DNA of 64,000 bases, taken from the NCBI GenBank assembly GCA_030697825.1, contig JAUYOW010000214.1:548-64547 (forward strand), written 5' to 3'. This stretch comes from Gemmatimonadales bacterium (GTDB lineage Bacteria > Gemmatimonadota > Gemmatimonadetes > Gemmatimonadales > JACORV01). Shown here one piece after another: positions 7,935-17,034 of the stretch (its first letter is position 1; each line of letters starts with the position of its first letter). The notes under the pieces are model-generated. The model did not search any database. It was not told the DNA's origin and saw only the letters and a list, made by a program, of their open reading frames with translations. The position numbers were made by a program, and so were the translations under genes.

Positions 7935-9346
7935 TACCGGGCGTGTGGATCGGGCTCGTCGCGGCGGTCGCCTCGGCACTCGCCGCCACGCGGCAGCCGG
8001 CCGATGCGCCGCCCCGGGCTCCGGCGACGCCGGTTCTCGCGGCCGACTCGTTCCCCCATCCGCGGCACGCGCGCCTTTTCACCTCTTGCACTACCTGCCA
8101 CTCCGGACTCGCGGGCGAAGACTCCACGGCCTTCTTTCCCGCGGCGGACGTATGCGTCCCATGCCATGACGGCGCCTTGGTGCGCCGAATCGATTGGGCG
8201 GGGCCGGGACCGCGGCGACCCACCAACTTGAGCTTCTCGCACCGCGCGCACCCAGAGATCGATTGCGCCATGTGCCACGCCGCCAGCGATACGGCCGCCT
8301 TCATGGAGGTGGGGAGAGCGCGCCCCGAGCGCTGCCTGATGTGTCACGCCCCGGAGGCGGCAAGCCACCTGGAGCAGGAGAGCTGCACCCAGTGCCACCG
8401 GGTCCTGACGGAAGCCAGGGCGCTGACGGCGGCCGACATCGCGCGCTTCCCCAAGCCGCCGTCCCACGATTCCGGATGGGTCTTCACCCATAGGCGCGCG
8501 GCGGCGGGCCCCACGTGTGCCACTTGTCACGCCCGAGAGTTCTGCGCCTCCTGCCACGTCAACGCGGCCGGCGTGGAGGCGGTGCGCGCGCTGCCCACCG
8601 ACGAGCGCGTCGCCGCACTGGCACGCGCTCGGCACGTGACTTACCGGGAGCCATCGTCCCATCGCAGCGCCAGCTTCGTCCGCTCCCATGGGCTGCTGGC
8701 GCGCGAGAGCGCGGCTACGTGTGGCAATTGCCACGCGCGCGAGTCGTGCCTCACCTGTCACCGTGAGGAGGAGCGCGTCGGACCGGTGGCGCTGCTGCCG
8801 CGGCGCACCCGCGGGGGGGCGCGGGGGGTGGATTTGCGGGACATCAGGCCGCCGGATCATTCGCCCGACTTCCAGCTCCGGCACCGCACCGCCGCCGCCG
8901 TCGGGGACGCCGTTTGCAGCCGGTGCCACAGCCCGTCCTACTGCGCCAGCTGCCACGCCGGTGCCGCAGCCCCCGGCTTCCATGGGCCCGACTTCGTCGA
9001 GCGGCACTCGGAGAACGCCTACACGCGCGAGAACGATTGCGCCGCCTGCCACCAGCCTGAGGCGTTCTGCGTCCAGTGCCACCGGGCCACCGGCCGCGCC
9101 GCCTCCCAGGCGCCGATCGGCCGGTTCCACGACGCGCAGCCGGCGTGGATCTTCGGGCACGGCGGGGTCGCCCGGCGGGCCATCGAGAACTGCGCCAGCT
9201 GTCACGCCCAGGCCGACTGCCTCCAATGCCACTCGGCGTCGGTCGGCTGGCGCGTGAACCCGCACGGGCGGAGCTTCGACAGCGGACTTGGCGACCGGAA
9301 TCCCGCCATGTGCCGCCGCTGCCACCCCGGCGGCCCGCCCCGATAG
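7931..9346 (+). CDS. 16-haem c-type cytochrome (c3/c7-like repeated modules), secreted
   Basis: GTGA overlap with the barrel-gene stop. Signal peptide VIPGVWIGLVAAVASALAA. 16 CXXCH. Recurrent module H-x(8-12)-CxxCH-x(3-4)-CxxCH (e.g. THRRAAAGPTCATCHAREFCASCH). Confidence 0.85.
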   Translation: MIPGVWIGLVAAVASALAATRQPADAPPRAPATPVLAADSFPHPRHARLFTSCTTCHSGLAGEDSTAFFPAADVCVPCHDGALVRRIDWAGPGPRRPTNLSFSHRAHPEIDCAMCHAASDTAAFMEVGRARPERCLMCHAPEAASHLEQESCTQCHRVLTEARALTAADIARFPKPPSHDSGWVFTHRRAAAGPTCATCHAREFCASCHVNAAGVEAVRALPTDERVAALARARHVTYREPSSHRSASFVRSHGLLARESAATCGNCHARESCLTCHREEERVGPVALLPRRTRGGARGVDLRDIRPPDHSPDFQLRHRTAAAVGDAVCSRCHSPSYCASCHAGAAAPGFHGPDFVERHSENAYTRENDCAACHQPEAFCVQCHRATGRAASQAPIGRFHDAQPAWIFGHGGVARRAIENCASCHAQADCLQCHSASVGWRVNPHGRSFDSGLGDRNPAMCRRCHPGGPPR

Positions 9347-9354
9347 GAGCCGCA

Positions 9355-10488
9355 ATGCCTGATACCCACGTTGCCGAACGCGCCGACGGCCACCACCTTG
9401 CAGGCGAGACCATGAGCGCTGCCACCACCGCCATCGATCCGGCGCTCGTCGCCGCGATCATCGACCTCTCGGCCGACGCCATCCTCACCGTTTCGCCCGA
9501 CGAGGTCGTGATGTCGTGGAACCAGGGCGCCCGGGAGATGTTCGGGTGGACGGCAGAGGAAATAGTCGGAAGACCGTTCACTGTTCTGCTGCCGGACGAG
9601 GCCATCGCGCGCGGCGAGCTGGAGTGGATCCACAGAACCACTCTGGCTGAAGGCGCGATCCGCAACTACGAGACCCGGCGCAGGCGCAGGGACGGCACCG
9701 TTTTCGACGTGAGCCTGACCCGTACCGCGGTGCGCGCACCCAACGGCGACCTGCTGGGATTCTCCGCCATCCTGCGCGACGTCTCCGACCGCAAGCGCCT
9801 CGAGCGCCAGCTCGCGCAGTCCGAGCGCCTCGCGACCGCCGGACAGGTCGCGGCCGGAGTCGCCCACGAGATAGGGGCACCGCTGACCGCGATCGCCATA
9901 GCGGTGGACCACATGCTGCGCTCGCGCTGTGCGGTCTGCGAAGGCGCCGAGGAGATGCGGATCCTCCAGTCGCAGACCGACCGGATCGCCAAGCTGGCGC
10001 GCCAGCTCGTCAACCTCGCCAAGCCGGCCGGCCTCTTGCTGGCCCCGGTAAACGTCAACGACGTCATCGCGCAGACGTCAGGCCTGATCCAGGCGCAGCT
10101 CCACCGTCACGCCGTACTGGTCACCCTGGACCTCGATCCCGAGCTGCCGGCCGTGCTCGGCGATGAGGCCCAGATCCAGCAGGTGTTCGTCAACCTGCTG
10201 CTCAACGCGCAGCACGCCCTCGAGGCCAGGGGGGGGAGGGTGAGGATCGAGACCGGGCGCGCGGACGCCAGGACCATCGAGATAGTCGTTTCCGATGACG
10301 GCCACGGCATCGAGGCATCGGACCTTCCGCACATCTTCACGCCGTTCTTCTCCCGTTCCGGCGGGACGGGCCTCGGCCTGGCCCTGGCCGCCCAGATAGT
10401 GCGCGCGCACCACGGCACCATCGAAGCGGCCTCGCCGGAGGGCGGCGGAGCACAGTTCATCATCCGGCTTCCCACGGCGGACGCATGA
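9355..10488 (+). CDS. cytoplasmic PAS-domain sensor histidine kinase
   Basis: PAS-like N-terminus (ILTVSPDEVVMSWNQGAREMFGWTAEEIVGRP). H-box AAGVAHEIGAPL. HATPase N/G boxes (NLLLNAQHAL, DDGHGI, GGTGLGLA). No TM segment seen. Confidence 0.85.
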   Translation: MPDTHVAERADGHHLAGETMSAATTAIDPALVAAIIDLSADAILTVSPDEVVMSWNQGAREMFGWTAEEIVGRPFTVLLPDEAIARGELEWIHRTTLAEGAIRNYETRRRRRDGTVFDVSLTRTAVRAPNGDLLGFSAILRDVSDRKRLERQLAQSERLATAGQVAAGVAHEIGAPLTAIAIAVDHMLRSRCAVCEGAEEMRILQSQTDRIAKLARQLVNLAKPAGLLLAPVNVNDVIAQTSGLIQAQLHRHAVLVTLDLDPELPAVLGDEAQIQQVFVNLLLNAQHALEARGGRVRIETGRADARTIEIVVSDDGHGIEASDLPHIFTPFFSRSGGTGLGLALAAQIVRAHHGTIEAASPEGGGAQFIIRLPTADA

Positions 10489-11915
10489 CCGAGCCCGACG
10501 TTCCCGTCGCTCCGGTGCGCCGCGTCCTGGTGGTCGAGGATGACGCCGTGGTGCGCCGCCTGCTCGAGAAGGTCCTCACCGACGAGGGGTACGAGACCGT
10601 GGGCGCCGCTTCCGGCGAGGAGGCGCTCACCGAGCTCGGCCGCCACCTCTTCGATGCCGTGCTCCTCGACCTCAACCTTCCCGGCATACAGGGTATGGAC
10701 GTGCTGGCGGTGGGCCCGACCCTCCAGACCGATACGCCTTTCATCGTGATGACGGCGTTCGGCTCGGTCGATACGGCCGTCGAGGCCATGAAGAACGGCG
10801 CGTTCGACTACGTGAGCAAGCCGTTCCGCACCGACGAGCTCCTCCTCACGCTGCGCCGCGCCCACGAGGAGACGGTACTCCGGCGGGAGGTGGCGCAGCT
10901 GAGGCGCCGGGTGAAAGAGGAGGGGCCCGGCGTCCGCATGGTGGGCAAGAGCGCGGGCATCGAGCGCGTCCGCGACCTAATCGCGCGGGTCGCGCCCAGC
11001 CGCGCCACGGTGCTCATCAGCGGGGACACGGGGACCGGCAAGGAGCTCGTCGCCCGCTCGATCCACGCCCTGTCGGGCCGCGCCGAGCATGCCTTCGTAG
11101 CCGTGAACTGCGCCGCGATCCCCGAGACGCTGATCGAGTCCGAGCTGTTCGGCCACATGAAGGGCGCGTTCACCGGAGCGATCGCGAACAAGCGCGGCCT
11201 GCTGGAGGAGGCGTCCGGCGGCTCGCTCTTCCTCGACGAGGTCGGCGCCATCTCGGCGAACATTCAGGTCAAGCTGCTGCGCACGCTCCAGGAGCGCACC
11301 ATCCTGCGGGTCGGCGGCCGCGAGCCGGTGCCGATAGACATCCGCCTGATCGCCGCCACCAACCTCGATCTCGCGGAGGAAGTGCGCGAAGGACGGTTCC
11401 GCGAGGACCTCTTCTACCGGGTGAGCGTTTTCCCGATCCACGTGCCGTCGCTGCGGGAGCGGCGCGACGACATCCCGGTCCTCGCCTCGTACTTCCTCCG
11501 GCGCGCCGCTTCCGAGCACGGGGTGGAGGCGCCGGCGATCCCGCCGGCCACCATGCAGCGGTTGCTGGACTACGACTGGCCGGGCAACGTCCGCGAGCTC
11601 GAGAATTTCGTCGAGCGCTCGGTGATCATGCACGCGGGCGCCAAGACGATCCCCTTCGATCCCAGCGAGGGCCTGCACCGCCGCCAGGAGCACGACCTGC
11701 TGAAGACGGCCCGCGCGGAACGGTGGAACCTGGAACGCCTCGAGCGCGAGTACATCCTTTCCGTGCTCGAGGAAGCAGGCGGTCACCAGGGCAAGGCCGC
11801 CGATGTCCTCGGCATCGACCGCCGCACCCTCTACCGGAAGCTGAAGCTGTATGGCGGGGAGACTGATGCCAGCGTCGAGGGCACGGTTCCCGAGGCCGAG
11901 GCGGCCCAGTCCTAA
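10485..11915 (+). CDS. sigma54-dependent response regulator (NtrC family: receiver + AAA+ + Fis-type HTH)
   Basis: ATGA overlap with the kinase. Receiver VLLDLNLPG. Walker A GDTGTGKE. GAFTGA motif. Walker B LFLDEVG. C-terminal HTH AADVLGIDRRTLYRKLKLYG. Confidence 0.9.
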   Translation: MTEPDVPVAPVRRVLVVEDDAVVRRLLEKVLTDEGYETVGAASGEEALTELGRHLFDAVLLDLNLPGIQGMDVLAVGPTLQTDTPFIVMTAFGSVDTAVEAMKNGAFDYVSKPFRTDELLLTLRRAHEETVLRREVAQLRRRVKEEGPGVRMVGKSAGIERVRDLIARVAPSRATVLISGDTGTGKELVARSIHALSGRAEHAFVAVNCAAIPETLIESELFGHMKGAFTGAIANKRGLLEEASGGSLFLDEVGAISANIQVKLLRTLQERTILRVGGREPVPIDIRLIAATNLDLAEEVREGRFREDLFYRVSVFPIHVPSLRERRDDIPVLASYFLRRAASEHGVEAPAIPPATMQRLLDYDWPGNVRELENFVERSVIMHAGAKTIPFDPSEGLHRRQEHDLLKTARAERWNLERLEREYILSVLEEAGGHQGKAADVLGIDRRTLYRKLKLYGGETDASVEGTVPEAEAAQS

Positions 11916-12043
11916 GGGCTCCGCCCTTTCGCGGGACAGGAAGTCCCACCGCCCGCGCCGACGGCGACGCCGTCAGCAAGATGACTATCCCTATCCATCA
12001 TTGCTGCAACGACTTACCAGGACTCGGCGGGGACCCGATCGGT

Positions 12044-12059
12044 TGGTACGCGTTACGCA
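12044..12059 (+). promoter_or_regulatory. possible sigma54 (-24/-12) promoter for the Usp-like gene
   Basis: TGGTACG-CGTT-ACGCA against consensus TGGCACG-N4-TTGCW. GG and GC are at the correct 10-nt spacing. It lies 17 nt upstream of ATG 12075. Confidence 0.35.
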
Positions 12060-12074
12060 GTGTGTCCTTGGAGC

Positions 12075-12737
12075 ATGGTGGAGTCACTTCTCATCGCGGT
12101 AGACGCCGCACCGTTCGCCGACCGAGTCGGCGGCTGGCTTCCTGACCTGCTGCGGGCCGGGGTCCGGCGCGTCACGCTGTTCCACGCGATCGAGGCCGTG
12201 GGACCCGATGTCGCGGCGGAGCTGGACGACCTGCGGCCGAGGCTGGACCGGCTCGCCGTGCAGCTATCGGCGAAGTCGGTCGAGGTCGAGCTCTCGTTCA
12301 AGCGCGGGGACAGGTTCCGGTGGCTGGTCTCTCTCGTCGCCTTGCGCGGGTGCCAGCTGGTGGTGCTGGGCCCTCACTGCTCGCTGCGCGGGAAGGCGCG
12401 CTCGGTAGGATCTCTCCTCAGGCGTCTCCTCGGCGAGTCTCCGGCTCCGCTGCTGGTCCTTCCGCGCCCCCGGACCGAGAGCGATCCCGGGCTGTTCGAT
12501 CGACCGATCTTGGTCGAGGGGCGGGCGCAGGAACCGTGGCTCGATTCCCAGGCGCGTACGCTCGTTCCAACGGCGCTCCATTCCGCGACCCTCGAGCCCG
12601 GCGGCGGATCCCCGCCGGGCGCTTCGCTGCTGGTCACCGGGCGTTCGCCGGCCGGCGGCCGTCTGGAAGAGTTGCTGTTCGACGCACCCTGCCCGGTGCT
12701 CGTTATTCCCGCCCATGCCGACGCAATTCACGCCTAG
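12075..12737 (+). CDS. universal stress protein (Usp)-like, tandem-domain
   Basis: MVESLLIAVDAAP...VTLFHAIE...LVVLGPH...APLLVLP, and a second ...PCPVLVIPAH ending typical of Usp domains. An alternative GTG start is at 12060. Confidence 0.45.
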   Translation: MVESLLIAVDAAPFADRVGGWLPDLLRAGVRRVTLFHAIEAVGPDVAAELDDLRPRLDRLAVQLSAKSVEVELSFKRGDRFRWLVSLVALRGCQLVVLGPHCSLRGKARSVGSLLRRLLGESPAPLLVLPRPRTESDPGLFDRPILVEGRAQEPWLDSQARTLVPTALHSATLEPGGGSPPGASLLVTGRSPAGGRLEELLFDAPCPVLVIPAHADAIHA

Positions 12738-12777
12738 CATGGGGCGAGCACCCCGAGCCCTACCGTAGGTTCTGGAA

Positions 12778-12801
12778 CAGCGGCGGCTTCGGCCGCCGCT
12801 G
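12778..12801. terminator. perfect 10-bp stem / TTCG-loop hairpin between convergent genes
   Basis: CAGCGGCGGC-TTCG-GCCGCCGCTG, between the Usp-like stop (12737) and the HNH stop (12808). No U-tract, so the call is structure only. Confidence 0.45.
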
Positions 12802-12807
12802 GCGCGT

Positions 12808-13365
12808 TCAGGCGTGCGCGGCGAGTTGGGCGAGGACCTGCTGCCCGTAGAACAGGCCGATGTAACGGGCCTGGGTGGGCGTGAGGCGCCGCACCGCCCA
12901 AGCCAGATGCACGAAGTGCGGCTCGGTGGGCGGGGTGAGCGGGAACATCCCCAGCTCCTCGGGGAGGTGGTTGCCCTTGCGCGCGTTGCAGGTGGAGCAC
13001 GCGGTGACGACGTTGGTCCACGCGTCGGTACCGCCCCGCGAGAATGGAACGAGGTGGTCGCGCGTCAGGCACTCGCGGTGCTTGAGCGTGGCCTGGGTCC
13101 GGCCGCAGAACTGGCACCGGTAGTCGTCACGCGCGAAGAGGAAGGTGTTCGTCACCTGGCGGCGGAACCGCCTCGGCACGTGGACGTACTTGTTCAGGCG
13201 GATGACCGCGGGACGCGGCAGCGCGAGCCGCTCGGAGCGGACGACGCGATCCGCGTCGGCCTCCACGATCTCGGCCTTCCCGTCGATGACCAGCCTGAGC
13301 GCCCGCCTGACGGGCACCATGGTGAGCGGCTCGAAAGACGCATTGAGCGCCAGACAGCGTACCAC
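12808..13365 (-). CDS. HNH endonuclease family protein
   Basis: CQFCGR...LTRDHLVPFSRGGTDAWTNVVTACSTCNARKGNH (HNH/zinc-ribbon signature). Confidence 0.8.
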   Translation of the reverse strand: MVRCLALNASFEPLTMVPVRRALRLVIDGKAEIVEADADRVVRSERLALPRPAVIRLNKYVHVPRRFRRQVTNTFLFARDDYRCQFCGRTQATLKHRECLTRDHLVPFSRGGTDAWTNVVTACSTCNARKGNHLPEELGMFPLTPPTEPHFVHLAWAVRRLTPTQARYIGLFYGQQVLAQLAAHA

Positions 13366-13563
13366 CTCCGGACTCCTCCACGCGGGCGCTTCACCCGCAA
13401 AAAAACCCGCCGCGCTCTATGGAACGGGACGGGCGTAGCGGGATGCCCCTTACGGATGTCGCTCTCGACCTTCGTCCCATAACAGCAAGGCACCCCAGCC
13501 AGAGATACTAGCCGCGGGAGCCTCCCGGGGCAAGCTCGCCCGAGGGGAACCGCGAGGCGGGGC

Positions 13564-14946
13564 CTAGGGTTTGAAGGCGGAGGTCGCGGCGTCCAGCTGC
13601 GCCAGGACCGCCGCACGGGAGGTCCCACCCGCCACGCGGCGCCGCTCCACCGCGGCCTCGGCGCCACCCAAGCGGGCGAGGAGGGCGGGAAGTTCGGGGT
13701 CGATACCGGCCGCCTCAGCGGCCGGCATCCGGTCGATGGGCGCACCCAATTCTTCGGCTTTCCGCACCAGGGCGCCCACCAGGCCGTGCGCCTCGCGGAA
13801 CGGCCGGCCCGACTGCACGAGAAGGTCCGCGAGATCCGTCGCGAGGGTCCCGGCGTCCAGCGCCGCGGCCATCCGCTCCGGAACAACCGTGAGCCCCGCC
13901 ACGACGCCCTCCATCAGCTCCACCGCGGCACCCGCGCCGTCCAGCGTGTCGAACAGCGCGGCGTTGTTCTCCTGCATGTCCTTCTGGTAGCCGGACGGCA
14001 TGGCTTTCATCGTCGCCATCATCGCCACGAGGCGGCCGAGGAGCTGTGCCGACCTGCCGCGCACCAGCTCGAGCGAATCGGGGTTGCGCTTCTGCGGCAT
14101 CAGGCTGCTGCCGGTCGTGAACGACTCGGCGAGCACGGCGAACCCGAATTCGGCCGACGAGAAGAGCACGAGGTCTTCGGCGAGGCGGGAGAGGTGCGTG
14201 CCGACGAGAGTGGCGACGAAGGCCGCCTCGATCGCGAAGTCGCGGTCGCCGACCGCGTCGATCGAGTTGCGCGACACCGCCCTGAAGCCGAGCCGCTGGG
14301 CCAGGTCGTCCCGATCCACCGCGAAGCCCGAGCCCGCGATCGCTCCGGAGCCGAGGGGAAGGACCGATGCTCGGCCGCGCGCATCGGCCACCCGGCCGCG
14401 GTCCCGGTGGAGCGCCCACACGTGCGCCAGCGCCCAGTGCGCGTAACGGACGGGCTGCGCCCGCTGGGTGTGGGTGTAGGACGGCATCAGCACGTCCAGG
14501 CCGGCGCCGGCCTGAGCGATCAGGGCGCGAGCCAGCGACGCGAGCGCGCCGTCGAGCCGCCCCAGCGCGCGAATCGTCCACAGCCGCAGGTCCGTCGCGC
14601 ACTGGTCGTTCCGGGAACGGCCGGTGTGGAGCTTGCCGGCCAGCGGGCCGATGACTTCGCCGAGGAGCCGCTCGATCAGCGAGTGGATGTCCTCGTCCTC
14701 AGCGCCCTCGGCGACGCCCCCCGCGAGCCGCGCTTCGACGGCGTCGAGCCCTTCCAGTAGACGCGCGCGCTCGTCGGCCGTCAGGACACCGACGCCCTCG
14801 AGCGCGTGGACCCAGGCTCGGTTCGTCTCGATATCCTCCCGCCACAGCCGGCGGTCCACCGGCAGGCTGCGGTTCATCTTGTCGAGCCGCGGGTCCATGG
14901 GCTGGGCGAAGCGCCCGCCCCACATCACATGCGGGGCGTCAGACAC
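13564..14946 (-). CDS. argH: argininosuccinate lyase
   Basis: N-terminus MWGGRFAQPMDPRLDKMNRSLPVDRRLWREDIETNRAWVHAL. Fumarate-lyase signature GSSLMPQKRNPD. Confidence 0.95.
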   Translation of the reverse strand: MSDAPHVMWGGRFAQPMDPRLDKMNRSLPVDRRLWREDIETNRAWVHALEGVGVLTADERARLLEGLDAVEARLAGGVAEGAEDEDIHSLIERLLGEVIGPLAGKLHTGRSRNDQCATDLRLWTIRALGRLDGALASLARALIAQAGAGLDVLMPSYTHTQRAQPVRYAHWALAHVWALHRDRGRVADARGRASVLPLGSGAIAGSGFAVDRDDLAQRLGFRAVSRNSIDAVGDRDFAIEAAFVATLVGTHLSRLAEDLVLFSSAEFGFAVLAESFTTGSSLMPQKRNPDSLELVRGRSAQLLGRLVAMMATMKAMPSGYQKDMQENNAALFDTLDGAGAAVELMEGVVAGLTVVPERMAAALDAGTLATDLADLLVQSGRPFREAHGLVGALVRKAEELGAPIDRMPAAEAAGIDPELPALLARLGGAEAAVERRRVAGGTSRAAVLAQLDAATSAFKP

Positions 14947-15784
14947 CGGCGGCGGCCGGCGGATGCGCGCGAGCGCGGAGCGGCCCCGGCGCCCACCCCA
15001 GCAGCGCCGCGACCTTGGCGGAGTCGAGCGAAGTATCGCGCGGTCGCTCCTCGGGCCTCGCGCCTTCTCGAAGCAGCCCGGTGTTGAAGCGGTAGAGGGT
15101 GCACAGTATCCTGCCCAGCTCGAGCCGCGTCATCCGCTCCGGGCCCGCCACATGGTATGCGCCGGCGACATCGGTGCTGCAAAGCTCCCAGGCGGCCCGG
15201 GCCACGTCGTCCACCTGAACGGGGCTCCGCCACTCGTCCTTGTAGAGCGTCACCGGCTGGCCTCGCATCAGGTGGCCGCACTCGTGGTCGGGGCGCAGCA
15301 TGATCCCGCTCTCCCCCACCAGGAGCGACGGGCGGATGACGAGCGCTTCGGGATTTTCGATACGGAGCTGGGCCTCCGCTTCCGCCTTCATGGAGCCGTG
15401 CGGCATTATGGGGCCGACCGGTGAGTCTTCCGTGTAGTTGCCGCGCGCTCCGTCGAAGACCAGGTCCGTCGAGAAGAAGACGAACCGCGCCTGCTGGCGG
15501 GCGGCGAGGCGGGCGGCCTGGCGCGGCGCGTCCACAGTGATGGCGCGGTCGGACTTGTCGGCGGAGCAGAAGAAAACGGCGGCCGGCCGCTCGCGCTCGA
15601 CCACGGCCGCGAGCGCCGAGGGCGAGGTCACGTCGAGGGTGATCTCGCGCCAATTGCCGGGACGGACCGGCCGGCGCCATCCGGTGCCGGTCAGCTCGAC
15701 GTCGCGGGGCGCCAGGGCGAGGAGGCGCGAGCCCAGAAAGCCCGAAGCGCCGATGACCAGCGCGCGGCCGGGCCGTGGGCTCAG
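14939..15784 (-). CDS. RmlD-like / SDR-family NAD(P)-dependent reductase-epimerase
   Basis: Rossmann motif VIGASGFLGSRLL. RFVFFSTDLVFDG resembles the RmlD STDYVFDG block. No ATG/GTG/TTG lies before the Rossmann motif. In-frame CTG codons are at 15784 and 15760, so the 5' end is uncertain. Confidence 0.55.
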   Translation of the reverse strand: MSPRPGRALVIGASGFLGSRLLALAPRDVELTGTGWRRPVRPGNWREITLDVTSPSALAAVVERERPAAVFFCSADKSDRAITVDAPRQAARLAARQQARFVFFSTDLVFDGARGNYTEDSPVGPIMPHGSMKAEAEAQLRIENPEALVIRPSLLVGESGIMLRPDHECGHLMRGQPVTLYKDEWRSPVQVDDVARAAWELCSTDVAGAYHVAGPERMTRLELGRILCTLYRFNTGLLREGARPEERPRDTSLDSAKVAALLGWAPGPLRARAHPPAAAGV

Positions 15785-17010
15785 TCGGCCGCCTCCGCGA
15801 GCCGGGCCCCGAGCCGCCGCTCGCGGTCGGCGGCGGTGCGCACCGCCAGGCCGTAGAGCCGGATGAAGCCTTCGGAATCGCTCTGTTTGTAGACGTCGTC
15901 GGCGCCGAATGTCGCGAGGCCCTCGTGGTAGAGGGAGTGCGGCGACGACCGGCCGGCCACCCGCGCGGCGCCTTTGAAGAGCTTCATCTTCACCGTGCCG
16001 GTGACGTGGCGCTGGGTCGAGTTCACAAGCGCGTCGAGCGCTTCGCGCTCCGGCGTCCACCAGCGTCCGTCGTAGACCAGGTCCGCATAACGCCGGCCCA
16101 CGTCGTCGGCCAGAGACAGGGTGCGCCGGTCGAGCACCAGCTGCTCGAGCTCCCGGTGCGCCTGGAAGAGCACCGTGCCGGCGGGCGTCTCGTATACGCC
16201 GCGCGACTTGATGCCCACGAGCCGGTCCTCGACGATGTCCGCCCGGCCCACCCCGTGCTCACCCGCCAGCGCGTTGAGCGTCTCGATCAGCGTTACCGGG
16301 TCCATCGGCTCACCGTCGAGCGCCACCGGCTCGCCCTGCTCGAAACCGATGGCCACGACGGCCGGCGTGTTCGGCGCGTCCGCTGGATCGTTCGTCAGGA
16401 GGTAGAGGTCGGCCGGCGGCTCGCACCACGGGTCCTCCAGCACGCCGCCCTCGTGGGAGAGGTGCCAAAGGTTGCGGTCGCGGCTGTACGGCTGCTCGGC
16501 CGTCGCGGTGCTGGGGACGCCTACGCGAACCAGGTAGGCGAGCAGGTCCTCGCGGCCGCGGAACTCCCATTCGCGCCACGGTGCGATCACGGCGAGGTCG
16601 GGCGCGAAGGCGGCGTAGGTGAGCTCGAATCGCACCTGGTCGTTGCCCTTCCCGGTGCAGCCGTGCGCCAGAGCGGTCGCGCCGAAGCGGCGTGCCGCGA
16701 CCACCTGCCGCTCGGCGATGAGCGGGCGCGCCATGGCGGTGCCCAGGAGGTAGGTGCGGGCATAGACCGCGCCCGCTTTCAAGGTCGGCCAGATGAACTC
16801 CCGGACCAAGCGCTCGCGGACGTCCTCGACGACGCAGGCGTCGGCGCCCGAGCGCCGGGCCTTCTCCTCGAGCCCCTCGAGCTCGCCCGCGCCCTGGCCC
16901 ACGTCCGCGGCCACGCAGACGACCCTCGCGTCGTAGTGCTCGCGCAGCCACGGCACGATCGCCGAAGTGTCGAGCCCGCCCGAATACGCCAGCATCACCG
17001 TATGCGCCAT
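15781..17010 (-). CDS. argG: argininosuccinate synthase
   Basis: MAHTVMLAYSGGLDTSAIVPWLRE (AYSGGLDTS P-loop). Collinear with ArgG throughout. Confidence 0.95.
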   Translation of the reverse strand: MAHTVMLAYSGGLDTSAIVPWLREHYDARVVCVAADVGQGAGELEGLEEKARRSGADACVVEDVRERLVREFIWPTLKAGAVYARTYLLGTAMARPLIAERQVVAARRFGATALAHGCTGKGNDQVRFELTYAAFAPDLAVIAPWREWEFRGREDLLAYLVRVGVPSTATAEQPYSRDRNLWHLSHEGGVLEDPWCEPPADLYLLTNDPADAPNTPAVVAIGFEQGEPVALDGEPMDPVTLIETLNALAGEHGVGRADIVEDRLVGIKSRGVYETPAGTVLFQAHRELEQLVLDRRTLSLADDVGRRYADLVYDGRWWTPEREALDALVNSTQRHVTGTVKMKLFKGAARVAGRSSPHSLYHEGLATFGADDVYKQSDSEGFIRLYGLAVRTAADRERRLGARLAEAAD

Positions 17011-17034
17011 CTCGCCCCCGCCCCACGGAATGAG

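Noticed and set aside
11917-11932. GGGC-TCC-GCCC-TTT hairpin after the regulator stop as an intrinsic terminator.
   Set aside because: A 4-bp stem and a 3-T tail are too weak to call.
12808-13365. HNH endonuclease as a marker of a mobile element, intron or restriction system.
   Set aside because: No flanking repeats, integrase, methyltransferase or intron-like structure. It is a standalone small HNH protein in a housekeeping context.
13366-13563. 198-nt gap between argH and the HNH gene, examined for a tRNA, small RNA or terminator. It contains the hairpin GCGGGCGCTTCACCCGC next to an A7/T7 run.
   Set aside because: No tRNA-like arms were seen. On either strand the homopolymer run is on the wrong side of the hairpin for an intrinsic terminator. 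Other pairings are weak, so no call can be supported without folding or covariance tools.
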